Assembly (NCBI GenBank): GCA_021324815.1
Contig: JAJPIJ010000006.1
Coordinates: 24,814-88,813, forward strand
From: Gammaproteobacteria bacterium
Lineage (GTDB): Bacteria > Pseudomonadota > Gammaproteobacteria > JAJPIJ01
Reading direction: 5' to 3'
Length of the DNA: 64,000 bases
Below, in pieces: positions 7,979 through 17,399 of the stretch (positions are counted from its first letter, which is position 1; every line of letters begins with the position of its first letter). Made by a program: the position numbers and the translations under genes. A model generated the notes under the pieces. It was not told where the DNA came from. It saw only the letters and a list, made by a program, of their open reading frames with translations, and ran no database searches.

Positions 7979-10900
7979 TTACGCCGCCGGGACGTGTTCC
8001 GCGCGCCGCCGGTAGAACAGAAAATAGGCCACCGGCACGATAAAGATGGTGGTAATCACCGACACCGACAGCCCGCCGATGATCGCCCTGGCCAGCGGGG
8101 CGTAGGCCTCGCTGCCCGTGCCCAGCTTGGCCGCCATCGGGATCAATCCAAAAATGGTCGCCAGCGAGGTCATGAGCACGGGCCGCAGGCGCACCCGGCA
8201 GGCCAGCGCCACCGCCTCGCGCAGGGGCGTGCCCTCCTCCCGCAGCCGGCGGGTGAACTCCACGATCAAAATGCTGTTGGACACCACGATTCCCACCATC
8301 ATGACGATGCCCATCAGTGACATGATATTGAGCGTCGTGCCGGTGGCGAGCAGCATGGCCAGTACTCCCGTCAGTCCCGGTGGAATGGCGAGAAGAATGA
8401 TAAACGGATCGGAAAAAGAGGCAAATTGCGCCACCAGGATCAGATAAACCAGAATCACGGAGAGGATGAGACCCAGTCCGAAGCTGGTGAAGGAGGCCCG
8501 CATGCTCTGCACCGTGCCGCGCAAATCGATTTTCACGCCCTCGGGCAGGGTCGTGTTTTTGACCAGTTGATCGATGGCCGAGGATATCTTCCCGATATCC
8601 TCGGTCACCGTGCCGACGTAGACGTCGATGACGCGCCGCAGTTGATAATGATCGACCTCGGTCGGCGCCTCGACCTTGCTGACCTTCACGACGGCGTCGA
8701 GCAGCGCGGAGCGCCTCTGGTCGCGCGAGCGTATGGGGATGGATTTGAGATCGGACATGCTTTTCACGGCGTCCTCCGGATATTGAACCGTCAGCATGTA
8801 ATCATTGCCGGTGCGGGGATCCACCCAGTAGCTCGGCGCGATCATCGCGTTGGAGGTCAGCGCGGTGATGACGTTGCTCACCACCTCCTTCTGGCTCAGG
8901 CCCAGTTCGCTGGCGCGGACGCGATCCACGTCAAGGCGCAGCGACGGCGCGTCGATGTCCTGCGGTATGAGGACGTCGCTGACGCCCGGCAGCCCGCGGA
9001 TCCGGCCCGCCAGTCCGGCCGCCGTGGCATAGGCGGCCTTGAGATTGGAGCCGCTGACCTGGACGTCAATGGGCGTGGGCAATCCCAGGTTGAGAACGGC
9101 GTCCACCAGCCCGCCGGACTGAAAATAGCTGGTGAGCTGCGGCAATTCGCGGTGGATGCGCTCGCGCACGCGGTCCATGTATTCGTAACTGCCGATCTTG
9201 TGATCCTGCTTCAGACTGGCCTGGACAAAGGCGGTGTGCGTGGCGGAGTTGCTGGTGTACATGGAGGAGTAGCCCGGCGTGGCCCCGATGTTGGACACCA
9301 CGACGTCGAGATCCTCCGGACGGACCTCCTGGCGGATGATATCCTCCACCCTTTTCACCAGCTTCTCCGTCATGGCGAGTTTCAGGCCGGTGGGCGCCTT
9401 GAGATTGACCACGAACTGGCCGGGATCGGTGCGCGGAAAGTAGGCCAGTCCCAGCCGCGGGATGAGGCCCATGCTCATGACGCATATTCCCACGAGGCCC
9501 ACCAGCGTGGCGACGGGGCGCAGCAGCGTGGCCTGCACGCTCCGGTCGTAGCGTTCCAGCATCACCTCGAACTTTCGGTTGAACCAGCGATTGAACCGCG
9601 TCCCCCAGCCGCCGGAGACGGGCGCAGCGTCGTCATCAAGGGCGGCATGACCCTTGATCAGCCTGGCGCAAAACAGCGGCACCACGGTCATGGCCACCAG
9701 GTATGATGCGAACAGGGACAGGACCACGGCGATGGCCAGCGCGGAGAACAGGAAACGGCTGACCCCGTAGAGAAACGTCACCGGGAAGAAGACCACGGCG
9801 GTGGTCAGCGTCGCCGCCAGCACCGGCAGCGCCACCTCCTTGCCGCCCTTTTCGGCCGCCACTTCCGGGCTTTCGCCCAGCTCCATGTGACGGAAAATGT
9901 TTTCCAGCACCACCACGGAATTATCGATGAGCCGGGAGAAGGCCAGCGCGAGCCCTCCCAATATCATCGAATTGACGGAGCTGCCGCCGAAGTAGAGGAT
10001 GATGAAGGCGCCGAGGGCGGACAGCGGTATGGACAGGAATACCGCCGCCGTCGCCCGCAGGCTGCCCAGGAAAATCAATATCATCAATCCCGTCAGCACC
10101 AGCCCGATGGCGCCCTCGTGTATCAGGTTTTCGATGGCCGTCTTGACGAAGATGGACTGGTCGAACACCACCTCGGCGATTAATTCCTTGGGGACGTCGA
10201 CCAGATGGGACAGCGCGTTCTTGATGCCGTCCACCACGGCGATGGTGTTGGTGTCGCCACCCTGTTTCATGACGGGGAGATACACGGATCGCTGCCCGTC
10301 GACGCGCACCACGCTGGTCTGGATTTGCGACGCGTCCCTCGCTTCGCCGACGTCAGCCACCAGGACCGAGGCGTTGTTGACCGTCTTGAGCGGCAGCCGG
10401 TTGATTTCATCGACGCCCGCCAGCTGGCTGTTGGTGTAGATGTTGTAGTCGTACGGACCCACGATCACGTCGCCTGCGGGCAGAATGAGATTGGAATCGT
10501 TCACCGACCTCACCACGTCCATGACGCTGAGCTGGTGCGCCTCGAGTTTCAGCGGATCGACGTAGACCATGATCTGGCGGTACCTGCCGCCGAAGGGCGG
10601 CGGCACGGTGGATCCGGGCACGTTGGCGACCTGGTTGCGGACCTCGAACTGCCCCAGATCGCGCAGGCTGGTCTCGTTGAGTCCCTGCCCCTTCAGGGTG
10701 ATGAGGCAGACCGGCAGGCTGGAGGCGTCGAACTTGAGCACCACCGGCGGCAGGGTGCCGGGCGGCAGCCGGCGCAGATCGGCCATCGCCAGGTTGGAGA
10801 TCATGGAGACCGCCGAATCCGCGCTGGTGCCCGGCTGAAAATAGATTTTGATCAGGCTGACGCCGGGAAGCGAACGGGATTCCATGTGATCGATGCCGCT

Positions 10901-11116
10901 GCCCAGCGTGAAGAACCGCTCGAAGCGGCCGGTGATGTCGTTCTCGATGTCCTCCGGCGGCATCCCGGAGAAAAACGTGGCCACGACGACCACCGGGATG
11001 TTGATGCCGGGGAACAGGTCGACGGGCATGCGCACGAGGCTGCTGACGCCCACCACCACTACCATCAGGCAGGCAACGATGATGAAGTACGGATATCGCA
11101 GGGAAAATTTAGACAT
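7979..11116 (-). CDS. RND efflux transporter permease subunit (AcrB/MexB-like, 1045 aa)
   Basis: 12-TM RND topology with two large periplasmic loops. N-terminus MSKFSLRYPYFIIVACLMVVVVGVSSLVRMPVDLFP… is typical of HAE1-family pumps. Confidence 0.9.
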   Translation of the reverse strand: MSKFSLRYPYFIIVACLMVVVVGVSSLVRMPVDLFPGINIPVVVVATFFSGMPPEDIENDITGRFERFFTLGSGIDHMESRSLPGVSLIKIYFQPGTSADSAVSMISNLAMADLRRLPPGTLPPVVLKFDASSLPVCLITLKGQGLNETSLRDLGQFEVRNQVANVPGSTVPPPFGGRYRQIMVYVDPLKLEAHQLSVMDVVRSVNDSNLILPAGDVIVGPYDYNIYTNSQLAGVDEINRLPLKTVNNASVLVADVGEARDASQIQTSVVRVDGQRSVYLPVMKQGGDTNTIAVVDGIKNALSHLVDVPKELIAEVVFDQSIFVKTAIENLIHEGAIGLVLTGLMILIFLGSLRATAAVFLSIPLSALGAFIILYFGGSSVNSMILGGLALAFSRLIDNSVVVLENIFRHMELGESPEVAAEKGGKEVALPVLAATLTTAVVFFPVTFLYGVSRFLFSALAIAVVLSLFASYLVAMTVVPLFCARLIKGHAALDDDAAPVSGGWGTRFNRWFNRKFEVMLERYDRSVQATLLRPVATLVGLVGICVMSMGLIPRLGLAYFPRTDPGQFVVNLKAPTGLKLAMTEKLVKRVEDIIRQEVRPEDLDVVVSNIGATPGYSSMYTSNSATHTAFVQASLKQDHKIGSYEYMDRVRERIHRELPQLTSYFQSGGLVDAVLNLGLPTPIDVQVSGSNLKAAYATAAGLAGRIRGLPGVSDVLIPQDIDAPSLRLDVDRVRASELGLSQKEVVSNVITALTSNAMIAPSYWVDPRTGNDYMLTVQYPEDAVKSMSDLKSIPIRSRDQRRSALLDAVVKVSKVEAPTEVDHYQLRRVIDVYVGTVTEDIGKISSAIDQLVKNTTLPEGVKIDLRGTVQSMRASFTSFGLGLILSVILVYLILVAQFASFSDPFIILLAIPPGLTGVLAMLLATGTTLNIMSLMGIVMMVGIVVSNSILIVEFTRRLREEGTPLREAVALACRVRLRPVLMTSLATIFGLIPMAAKLGTGSEAYAPLARAIIGGLSVSVITTIFIVPVAYFLFYRRRAEHVPAA

Positions 11117-11162
11117 GACGCATGAACCAATTCATCAAATCAGAGAATGGCGGCGGCAGGTT

Positions 11163-11888
11163 CTAGTCGCGATTCGCCTTGAGCAGCCGCCGCAGTCCTT
11201 CGATTGAAAATTCCGGCGAACGGCAGAAATCGATGATCGCGGATTTCTCCCGGCGCTGGCGTGCGGCGATTTGCGGCAGCTGACCGGCGATCTGCGGCGG
11301 AATCGACAATACGCCGTGCTGGTCGCCGTGCAAGAGATCGCCGGTCCTCACGGTCAGGCCGCCGATCCGCACCGGTTCCCCCGCCTCGACGATGTGCATG
11401 TAGGCGTGAGACACGGTGACGTTCGACGCGAAGACATGAAATCCCAGCGCCTGCACGGCGGGCAGATTGCGCACCGCGCCGTTGGTGACCACCCCGACAC
11501 ATCCCAGGGCCTTGAAGATGTTCGCATGCACCTCGCCGAGGAAGGCGCCCATGCCCGGATGCCTGTCGATATCCTCGACCGCCAGCACCCGCGGCGCCGG
11601 GACGCCGAGCAGATTCTCCCACCAATCGTTACGCACGCCGGTGAAGCGCGCGCGAAAAGGGTCCTGCATCGGCGGCTCGGCCGTGCTGATGCGCAGCGGA
11701 AAGGCGTAGGCGACGAGGGGCTCCGGGCCGGCGGACAGACAGCGGATGCTCGAATCCATGAAGCCCTCGTTGCGCATGCGTATGCCGGTGCTTTCGATGG
11801 CGCTGGCCACGGCGCAACTGTCGAGCCGGCGAAGTTGTTCCACGATGTCGCCCGGAGCACCCGCCCGGCCGGAAGATCCCGCGTTCAT
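11163..11888 (-). CDS. RraA-family protein (ribonuclease E inhibitor RraA / 4-hydroxy-4-methyl-2-oxoglutarate aldolase-like), 241 aa
   Basis: Carries the RraA-type motif …GDLLHGDQHGVLSIP…. Its start overlaps the MFP gene stop by 4 nt (ATGA), and it lies 46 bp upstream of the RND permease. Confidence 0.75.
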   Translation of the reverse strand: MNAGSSGRAGAPGDIVEQLRRLDSCAVASAIESTGIRMRNEGFMDSSIRCLSAGPEPLVAYAFPLRISTAEPPMQDPFRARFTGVRNDWWENLLGVPAPRVLAVEDIDRHPGMGAFLGEVHANIFKALGCVGVVTNGAVRNLPAVQALGFHVFASNVTVSHAYMHIVEAGEPVRIGGLTVRTGDLLHGDQHGVLSIPPQIAGQLPQIAARQRREKSAIIDFCRSPEFSIEGLRRLLKANRD

Positions 11889-13153
11889 TCAAGCTCACCC
11901 TCGCTGATGATTTTCGGACTGACCCTCTCCCCCGGCCTGTAGATGCCGTGCCGCCCCACCACGACGAGGTCGTTCTCCATCAGCCCGGAGATCACCTCGG
12001 CCCGCGTGGAAGTCTCCATTCCCAGGGTGATCGGGCGCTGTTCGAGTTTGTGATCCCGGTCAAGCACGAGAATCGACACGGAACCGTTCCTGCGGTTGGG
12101 CACGGCCTCAATCGGGATCGACAGGGCGTCCTTGTGCCTTTCGACGGTCAGGGTCACGGTGGCATACATGCCCGGCGCCAGTGAAAGATCCGGATTGGGA
12201 ACATCGACCTCGACATGCATGGTGCGCGTGTCGGTCTTGATTTCATCGCTGATGCGCGTGATGTGCGCCGTGAAGGTTTTGTGGATCGACTGGATGTTGA
12301 CCGCCACGGGGTCGCCGATCCGGATCGTGGACGCGACGGATTCCGGCACCGGCAGAACCAGCCGGAGGGGATTCATTTGCGAGATGCGAACCAGGACCTG
12401 GCTGCCGGCCGAGGTGCCGGCGCCGACCAAGGCGCCGGTGTCCGCCAGACGCTCGGTGATCACGCCGTCAAAAGGGGCGATGATTTTGCTGTAATTCAGC
12501 GTGTCCTGGAGGCGGGTCACGTTGGCTTCGGCCTCCTGGATGGCGGCTTCGGCGGCGACCCAGGCGGCGTTGGTCGTTTCGTCATGGGCCCGTGCCTCAT
12601 CCAGGTCCTGTTGTGCAACGAGGTTGGGATGCTCTTTCATCACCCCCGTGAGGCGGGTGTAGGCCAGATGCGCATCCTCATAGGCGGCCTCGGCGCGCGC
12701 CGCCTCGTGCTTGCTGCGTTCCACCGCCGCGCGCGCCTTGCGCAATTCGTCCTGAAGTTCGGGCACTTCCAGGACGGCGAGGACGTCCCCTTCCTTGACG
12801 CGATCCCCCACATCCACGTTCATGACTTGTATGTAACCGGTGACCTTGGCGTGAAGATCCACCCTCTGGAACGGATGAAATTCCGCGGCGATCTCGATCT
12901 GGCGGACAAGATCCTCTCTTTTGACGGGCGCAACGAGCACCGAGGGAAGGCCGGGGGCCCGCCTTGCGGCCTCCGGCGGCGGCCCGCCATGTCTATGGGC
13001 CCGGTCGAACATGACGCCGGCCGCGGCGGCGCCGGCGATGATGATCCCGGCGATGGCCAGCAGACGACGCCGGTCCCCCTGGGGCCGGCGGGGGGCCTTT
13101 TTCACTAAAGCAGCGCCATCGTCAGGCGGGTTCATTGCGGATTCAAGTTCCAT
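11885..13153 (-). CDS. RND efflux periplasmic adaptor (membrane fusion protein, HlyD/AcrA family), 422 aa
   Basis: N-terminal membrane anchor, coiled-coil hairpin region (…ELQDELRKARAAVERSKHEAARAEAAYEDAHLAYTRL…) and beta-barrel domains. It is the first gene of the efflux operon. Confidence 0.85.
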   Translation of the reverse strand: MELESAMNPPDDGAALVKKAPRRPQGDRRRLLAIAGIIIAGAAAAGVMFDRAHRHGGPPPEAARRAPGLPSVLVAPVKREDLVRQIEIAAEFHPFQRVDLHAKVTGYIQVMNVDVGDRVKEGDVLAVLEVPELQDELRKARAAVERSKHEAARAEAAYEDAHLAYTRLTGVMKEHPNLVAQQDLDEARAHDETTNAAWVAAEAAIQEAEANVTRLQDTLNYSKIIAPFDGVITERLADTGALVGAGTSAGSQVLVRISQMNPLRLVLPVPESVASTIRIGDPVAVNIQSIHKTFTAHITRISDEIKTDTRTMHVEVDVPNPDLSLAPGMYATVTLTVERHKDALSIPIEAVPNRRNGSVSILVLDRDHKLEQRPITLGMETSTRAEVISGLMENDLVVVGRHGIYRPGERVSPKIISEGELE

Positions 13154-13299
13154 GTCTTGTACTTTTCCCCGGAGAGGCGTTACGAACCGGCCGCAGCGCT
13201 TGCATGATCGCGGACGGCATCGCCTGAATCCCTGTGGATTTCATGTACAGATTTCCTATTATCCAGAGCGGCGTTTGCCGGCGTGTCCCGCGTTCCGGA

Positions 13300-14697
13300 C
13301 TACGCACACATTCCCTTGGGAATCGTCATGGTGACGCGGCAACCGATTTCCCGCCCGCCATCCATGCGGCCGGCACCGATGGTGACGGCCCCGCCATGGA
13401 CCCGGGCGACGAGGGCCACCAGTGTGAGGCCGAGTCCCGCGCCCGTCCGGCCCCCGCCGGTCCTTGCCGGGGTTCGCGCCGCCTCCAGACGATAAAAGGG
13501 CATCAACACCCGTTCCCGCTCGGCTGGCGGGATGCCCGGCCCCTCGTCGGAAACGCTGAGCGACACGTCCGCGCCGGTGTCGGCGGCGGCCAGGATAATC
13601 CGCCCTGATCCGTATTTTGCCGCGTTCTCGATCAGGTTCCATAGCGCCCGCTTCAGCAATGCCGGATCGGCGATGAGGTGCAGCGGTTCACCCTCCGCGA
13701 CTTCCACCGCCCTGCCCGCCACCAGCGGATCATGCGCGACCTGTTCGGCGATCTGGGCGAGGAACTCCCGCACGTCGATGTCTTCAAGATTCGCCGGCAG
13801 GCCCGTTGCGTCCAGGCGCGTCGCGGTCAGCACGTCCTCCACCAGGCGATCCAGTTCCGCCAGGTCGGTCTCCACGGCGCGCAGGCGATCTTCGGCGATT
13901 TCCCGGCAGGGCAAGAGCTCGAGTGCCACGCGTATGCGCGCCAGGGGTGAGCGGATTTCGTGTGATATGTTCGCCAGCAACTGCCGCTGTCCCCGCAGCA
14001 GGGCGTCGATGCGCTCCGTCATCTGGTCGAAAGCCAGGGACAGTTGTTGCAACTCGTCCGCCTGCCACTGCGCAGGCTTCCACCACGCGGAATTCCGGCG
14101 GCGGGGAGCGGACGCGCGCCAGGTGAAGTCGCCGCGGCCGATACGCCGCGCGGCCTCGGTCAGCCGCTCCAGCGGATGGGAGATGTGCCTGGCCAGCGGC
14201 CGGGTCGCCAGCGCCACGATCAGCCACGCCAGCGTCCAGGTCAGCAGGGGCTGCGGGAGGCCGAAGAACCGCGACCGTTGGTGCGCGGACGCCTCCAGTA
14301 TTCCCAGGCGCTGACCGGAGCGGGGATCGCGGATCAGGAGCTTGACGAGCAATGCCGGCCGGGACAGCCGGATCACTTCCCCGCTCTCGATTTTTTTCAT
14401 TTCCTCGGCGGTTACCGGGGGCAGCTCCTCCCCCGCCGCGGCGAGCACGGACCCCGCGCGATCGCGCACGGTCATGTCCACGTCCAAATCATCGTGAAGT
14501 TGCCGCACCCGCAACGTCAGCGCGGCGCGGTCGTGAAAACTCTCGCCGACGAGGGAGGCCAGATGCGGCCACAGGCGCTCGGACACCTCCGTCTGGAAGG
14601 CGCTGCGGGCGCTGAGATTGAAAAGCGCGCCCGACGTGAGCGAGACGACGAGCACGATCGCGATGAAATACAGATAAATGTGGGTGTGCAAATGCAT
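13300..14697 (-). CDS. Sensor histidine kinase (two TM helices, HAMP, HisKA, HATPase_c), 465 aa
   Basis: H-box …ANISHEIRSPLARI… and N/G-box regions are present (GLGLTLV…). It follows the OmpR-type regulator gene and precedes the efflux operon. Confidence 0.85.
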   Translation of the reverse strand: MHLHTHIYLYFIAIVLVVSLTSGALFNLSARSAFQTEVSERLWPHLASLVGESFHDRAALTLRVRQLHDDLDVDMTVRDRAGSVLAAAGEELPPVTAEEMKKIESGEVIRLSRPALLVKLLIRDPRSGQRLGILEASAHQRSRFFGLPQPLLTWTLAWLIVALATRPLARHISHPLERLTEAARRIGRGDFTWRASAPRRRNSAWWKPAQWQADELQQLSLAFDQMTERIDALLRGQRQLLANISHEIRSPLARIRVALELLPCREIAEDRLRAVETDLAELDRLVEDVLTATRLDATGLPANLEDIDVREFLAQIAEQVAHDPLVAGRAVEVAEGEPLHLIADPALLKRALWNLIENAAKYGSGRIILAAADTGADVSLSVSDEGPGIPPAERERVLMPFYRLEAARTPARTGGGRTGAGLGLTLVALVARVHGGAVTIGAGRMDGGREIGCRVTMTIPKGMCA

Positions 14698-14783
14698 GAT
14701 GACCGGCTTCCGGTTCGGCGGACTACGGTGTTGCGCCGGCCCGGGCCGGCCTTGGGAGGTGGGCGACGCCCCGCGGTTTCATG

Positions 14784-15494
14784 TCAATGTGCGCCATGGC
14801 GCATGAACGCGTATCCCACGCCGCGCACCGTCTTGATGTAACGAGGCTCCCTGGGATTGGCCTCGATCTTGGCGCGCAATCTGGCGATGTACACGTCAAT
14901 CGTTCGATCGAAGACATCGCCCCCCCTCTTGAGGGCGTCGAGCAACTGGTCGCGGGAAAGCACCCGGCCGGCAGAACGCGCCAGCAGCGCCAGCAGATCG
15001 AATTCATACTGCGTCAACACCAGCCGCCGGCCGGCGAGGGACACCTCCCGCGTGTCAAGATTGACCGTCAGATCTCCGGAGGAGACGCACGCCGGCGCCG
15101 GGCTGGCGGCGCCCCCGGAGGCTCGCCGCAGCAACGCCCGCACGCGGGCCAGCAACTCGCGGGGATTGAACGGTTTGGCCAGGTAATCGTCGGCGCCCAG
15201 TTCGAGTCCAACCACCCTGTCCATGACGTCGCCCTTCGCGGTCAGCATCATGACCGGTATCGCGGCCAGTTCCGGCGTCGCCCGGATGCGGCGGCACAGT
15301 TCCAAGCCGTCCAATCCGGGCAGCATGATGTCCAGAATGACGATGTCGAATCGCTTGTTTCGCAATGTGGAGAGACTCGCCGCCGGGTCGCTGATGACGG
15401 TAAGATCGATGTCGTTCGCACCCAGATACTCCCTGGCAAGGGCGCCCAGCCGGGCGTCATCATCAACTAGAAGGACGGAGGCGCGGGATGCCAT
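14784..15494 (-). CDS. OmpR/PhoB-family response regulator (receiver domain plus winged-helix), 236 aa
   Basis: MASRASVLLVDDD…FDIVILDIMLPGLDGLELCRRIR…, with a C-terminal wHTH (…YIKTVRGVGYAF). Confidence 0.9.
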   Translation of the reverse strand: MASRASVLLVDDDARLGALAREYLGANDIDLTVISDPAASLSTLRNKRFDIVILDIMLPGLDGLELCRRIRATPELAAIPVMMLTAKGDVMDRVVGLELGADDYLAKPFNPRELLARVRALLRRASGGAASPAPACVSSGDLTVNLDTREVSLAGRRLVLTQYEFDLLALLARSAGRVLSRDQLLDALKRGGDVFDRTIDVYIARLRAKIEANPREPRYIKTVRGVGYAFMRHGAH

Positions 15495-15630
15495 GACTTT
15501 CTCGTTTCCATCTTCGGATCAGCAGAACCGTAATCAATCATGCCGTCCTCAACCCCTTCGTGCGGGGGGCGGCGCCTGACGGCGGCGCACCTGCCCTTGA
15601 GCGTCGCGCCTGGATGATGACCGCGCCTTC

Positions 15631-15654
15631 AAGGCATATATGGTGATATGCCTT
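15631..15654. promoter_or_regulatory. Perfect 9-bp inverted repeat AAGGCATAT-N6-ATATGCCTT, a candidate operator upstream of the OmpR-type regulator gene
   Basis: Read directly from the sequence. Located ~140 bp upstream of the response-regulator start codon (15494, minus strand). Confidence 0.3.
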
Positions 15655-15822
15655 CGCATATAGACCGATGCCCGCAGTGAAGTTCCTGGGACACCCGCAA
15701 GGTACGGCGCACGGCCACGCTCCGGCGCAGCCTGAATCATTGCTCTTTACGGCGCGAACGGGCTTGTTCGTTTCGGGGCGTGGCCTCCGGATGAGACAAG
15801 GCTACCGGCTTCGTGTTAAGGC

Positions 15823-15838
15823 CATATGTAGAAATATG
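15823..15838. promoter_or_regulatory. Second CATAT-N6-ATATG inverted repeat sharing the core of the 15631 palindrome
   Basis: gCCATATgtagaaATATGac. Same CATAT/ATATG half-sites and 6-bp spacer, 190 bp away in the same intergenic region. Confidence 0.25.
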
Positions 15839-16011
15839 ACTGATTGTTACGATGGCGGGCGGGGCGGGGAAAAAACCGAACGACATCGATCGTCTGGCTG
15901 GTCGATGAAGAAACAAGGAAGCAAGGCTCGCCCTGGCGGAGGCCGGACGGCAGGGTTCCGGGCGTCAGGCGGATGCGCGGCCCATGTCCCCTTCCGTGCC
16001 AGGTGCCGGGA

Positions 16012-16539
16012 TCAGGGGCGGGACGCGGTCTTGTTTTTGTAATTGATGGTGAAGGTGGCGAGATAAATGCCCATCACCGCGCCAACAGAGCCGAATATGA
16101 AATGGGTCAGGATGGGATAGTAGTAGCCGTGTTTGCCGAGACTGCCGGCGGTGACTTCAAACAGAACCGCCAGCGGCACGTCCAGAACCGGCTTCACCAG
16201 AAAGCTGACGCCGCCAAGAACCACGCCCTTGACAATCACCGGCAGACCTTTCGGCGTCACCTTGAACAACAAATCCAGGCAGACGCCGTTCAGCAGGTAA
16301 ATCAACGCGGGCTTGAAGTCATGCGCCAGCAGCATGAAGGACGATTGCACCAGATACGCCATGGCCGCGCCACTGCCCGTCATCAGGCCGGCCCAGGGAT
16401 TGCGGGATTGCATCCGGCCGAACAGCAGCAGCGTCATCCATTCCAAACCATGGCGCCCCGGGATGTTCAACCCGAATCGCAAATGTTGATGCAGGAGGGC
16501 GGCGGCCACGCCCAGGGTGAACAGGGCGAAGAGCGTCAA
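16012..16539 (-). CDS. Small polytopic membrane protein (~175 aa, 5-6 TM), uncharacterised; start inferred at TTG 16539
   Basis: Hydrophobic ORF. In-frame TTG at 16539 lies 9 nt after a GAGGA and 14 nt after the upstream gene stop. Other possible starts are 16602 or 16671, which would overlap the upstream gene. Last gene of the TonB-receptor cluster. Confidence 0.45.
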   Translation of the reverse strand: MTLFALFTLGVAAALLHQHLRFGLNIPGRHGLEWMTLLLFGRMQSRNPWAGLMTGSGAAMAYLVQSSFMLLAHDFKPALIYLLNGVCLDLLFKVTPKGLPVIVKGVVLGGVSFLVKPVLDVPLAVLFEVTAGSLGKHGYYYPILTHFIFGSVGAVMGIYLATFTINYKNKTASRP

Positions 16540-16552
16540 ACTGCCGTCGTCC

Positions 16553-17320
16553 TCAAGGACGTACTGATTTAATGACCGCCTTGTCCAGGACCTTGTATTC
16601 ATGCCGGGCCTCGTCGTGTTCCACCAGCAACACCGCGTGATTATCCACCCTGACCGCCCGGGGCCAGTCACCCAGGTTGATCAGCGCCGTTTCATCCTCA
16701 ATTTCCGCGCCGCCGAGCAGTGACACCTTTTCTATTCCCGCATCCCTCTTCAGATCGCTCACGGTGAGCCTCTGCCCGGCGTACTGCCGCAGCCCCCTGG
16801 GCCACAGATAGCGGCCGTCATTCCCCTGCACGTGCAGGCCGACGGCCGAAAGGGATCCAATGATCCCCTGCTGATTGCCGGTCAGACCCTCAAGCCGGAT
16901 GCCATGTTTGCGCGCCGTAGACCGTGCCTCGTCCTGCCCGACCACGTCCACCTGGGCCTTGCGACCGAAGTCGATGACATTGGACGCCTGAACGTGAGTC
17001 GCGAGGCACAGTCCGGCATCGGACCCTTCCGCCGCCGTCTCCAGCAGGAAGGCACGGCAAAAATCCATCAGTTGATCATCGTCTACGCCGTCGTGGCGCT
17101 TCACCACGAGGCAGGCGGAACTGTTGTGCGAGGTGTAAGGCACCCGGTCATCCACCAGCAATTGATGGCGGGTCACGGCAATCCCCCCCGCCAGATTGTT
17201 CTCCTGCAACCGCTCAATAAGCTGCCTCGCCCTGAATCCCGTGCCCCGGGTTTCCAGGTTGTCCGTGTCGTCAATGCCTATATAGGTCAGGTCATTGCTC
17301 AATGGGATCAGCCGCTTCAT
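16553..17320 (-). CDS. Uncharacterised soluble protein (256 aa) with N-terminal motif YIGIDDTDN…TRGTGF
   Basis: Internal ATG at 17320 gives MKRLIPLSNDLTYIGIDDTD…. The listed 17485 start would overlap the receptor gene 3' end. No signal peptide or TM helix. Sits between the TonB-dependent receptor gene and the small membrane protein gene. Confidence 0.5.
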   Translation of the reverse strand: MKRLIPLSNDLTYIGIDDTDNLETRGTGFRARQLIERLQENNLAGGIAVTRHQLLVDDRVPYTSHNSSACLVVKRHDGVDDDQLMDFCRAFLLETAAEGSDAGLCLATHVQASNVIDFGRKAQVDVVGQDEARSTARKHGIRLEGLTGNQQGIIGSLSAVGLHVQGNDGRYLWPRGLRQYAGQRLTVSDLKRDAGIEKVSLLGGAEIEDETALINLGDWPRAVRVDNHAVLLVEHDEARHEYKVLDKAVIKSVRP

Positions 17321-17399
17321 GCATGGCCCGCCACCGGGTGGCGGAGGCAAACACTGGCCGGTGGAACGTTCAACGGGGATTGATCTTATCCCAACGGCA

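Noticed and set aside
8426-11125. Plus-strand ORFs 8426..9706, 10205..11125 and others inside the RND permease gene
   Set aside because: Antisense shadow ORFs with His/Arg/Gly-rich low-complexity translations and no recognisable domains.
11271-12184. Several 80-220-aa ORFs overlapping the RraA-like and MFP genes in other frames
   Set aside because: GC-skewed alternative-frame artefacts. The annotated frames carry the family motifs.
15844-16572. 242-aa plus-strand ORF spanning the intergenic region and the membrane-protein gene
   Set aside because: Low-complexity Arg/Gly/Gln-rich translation, antisense to a convincing membrane protein. No RBS.
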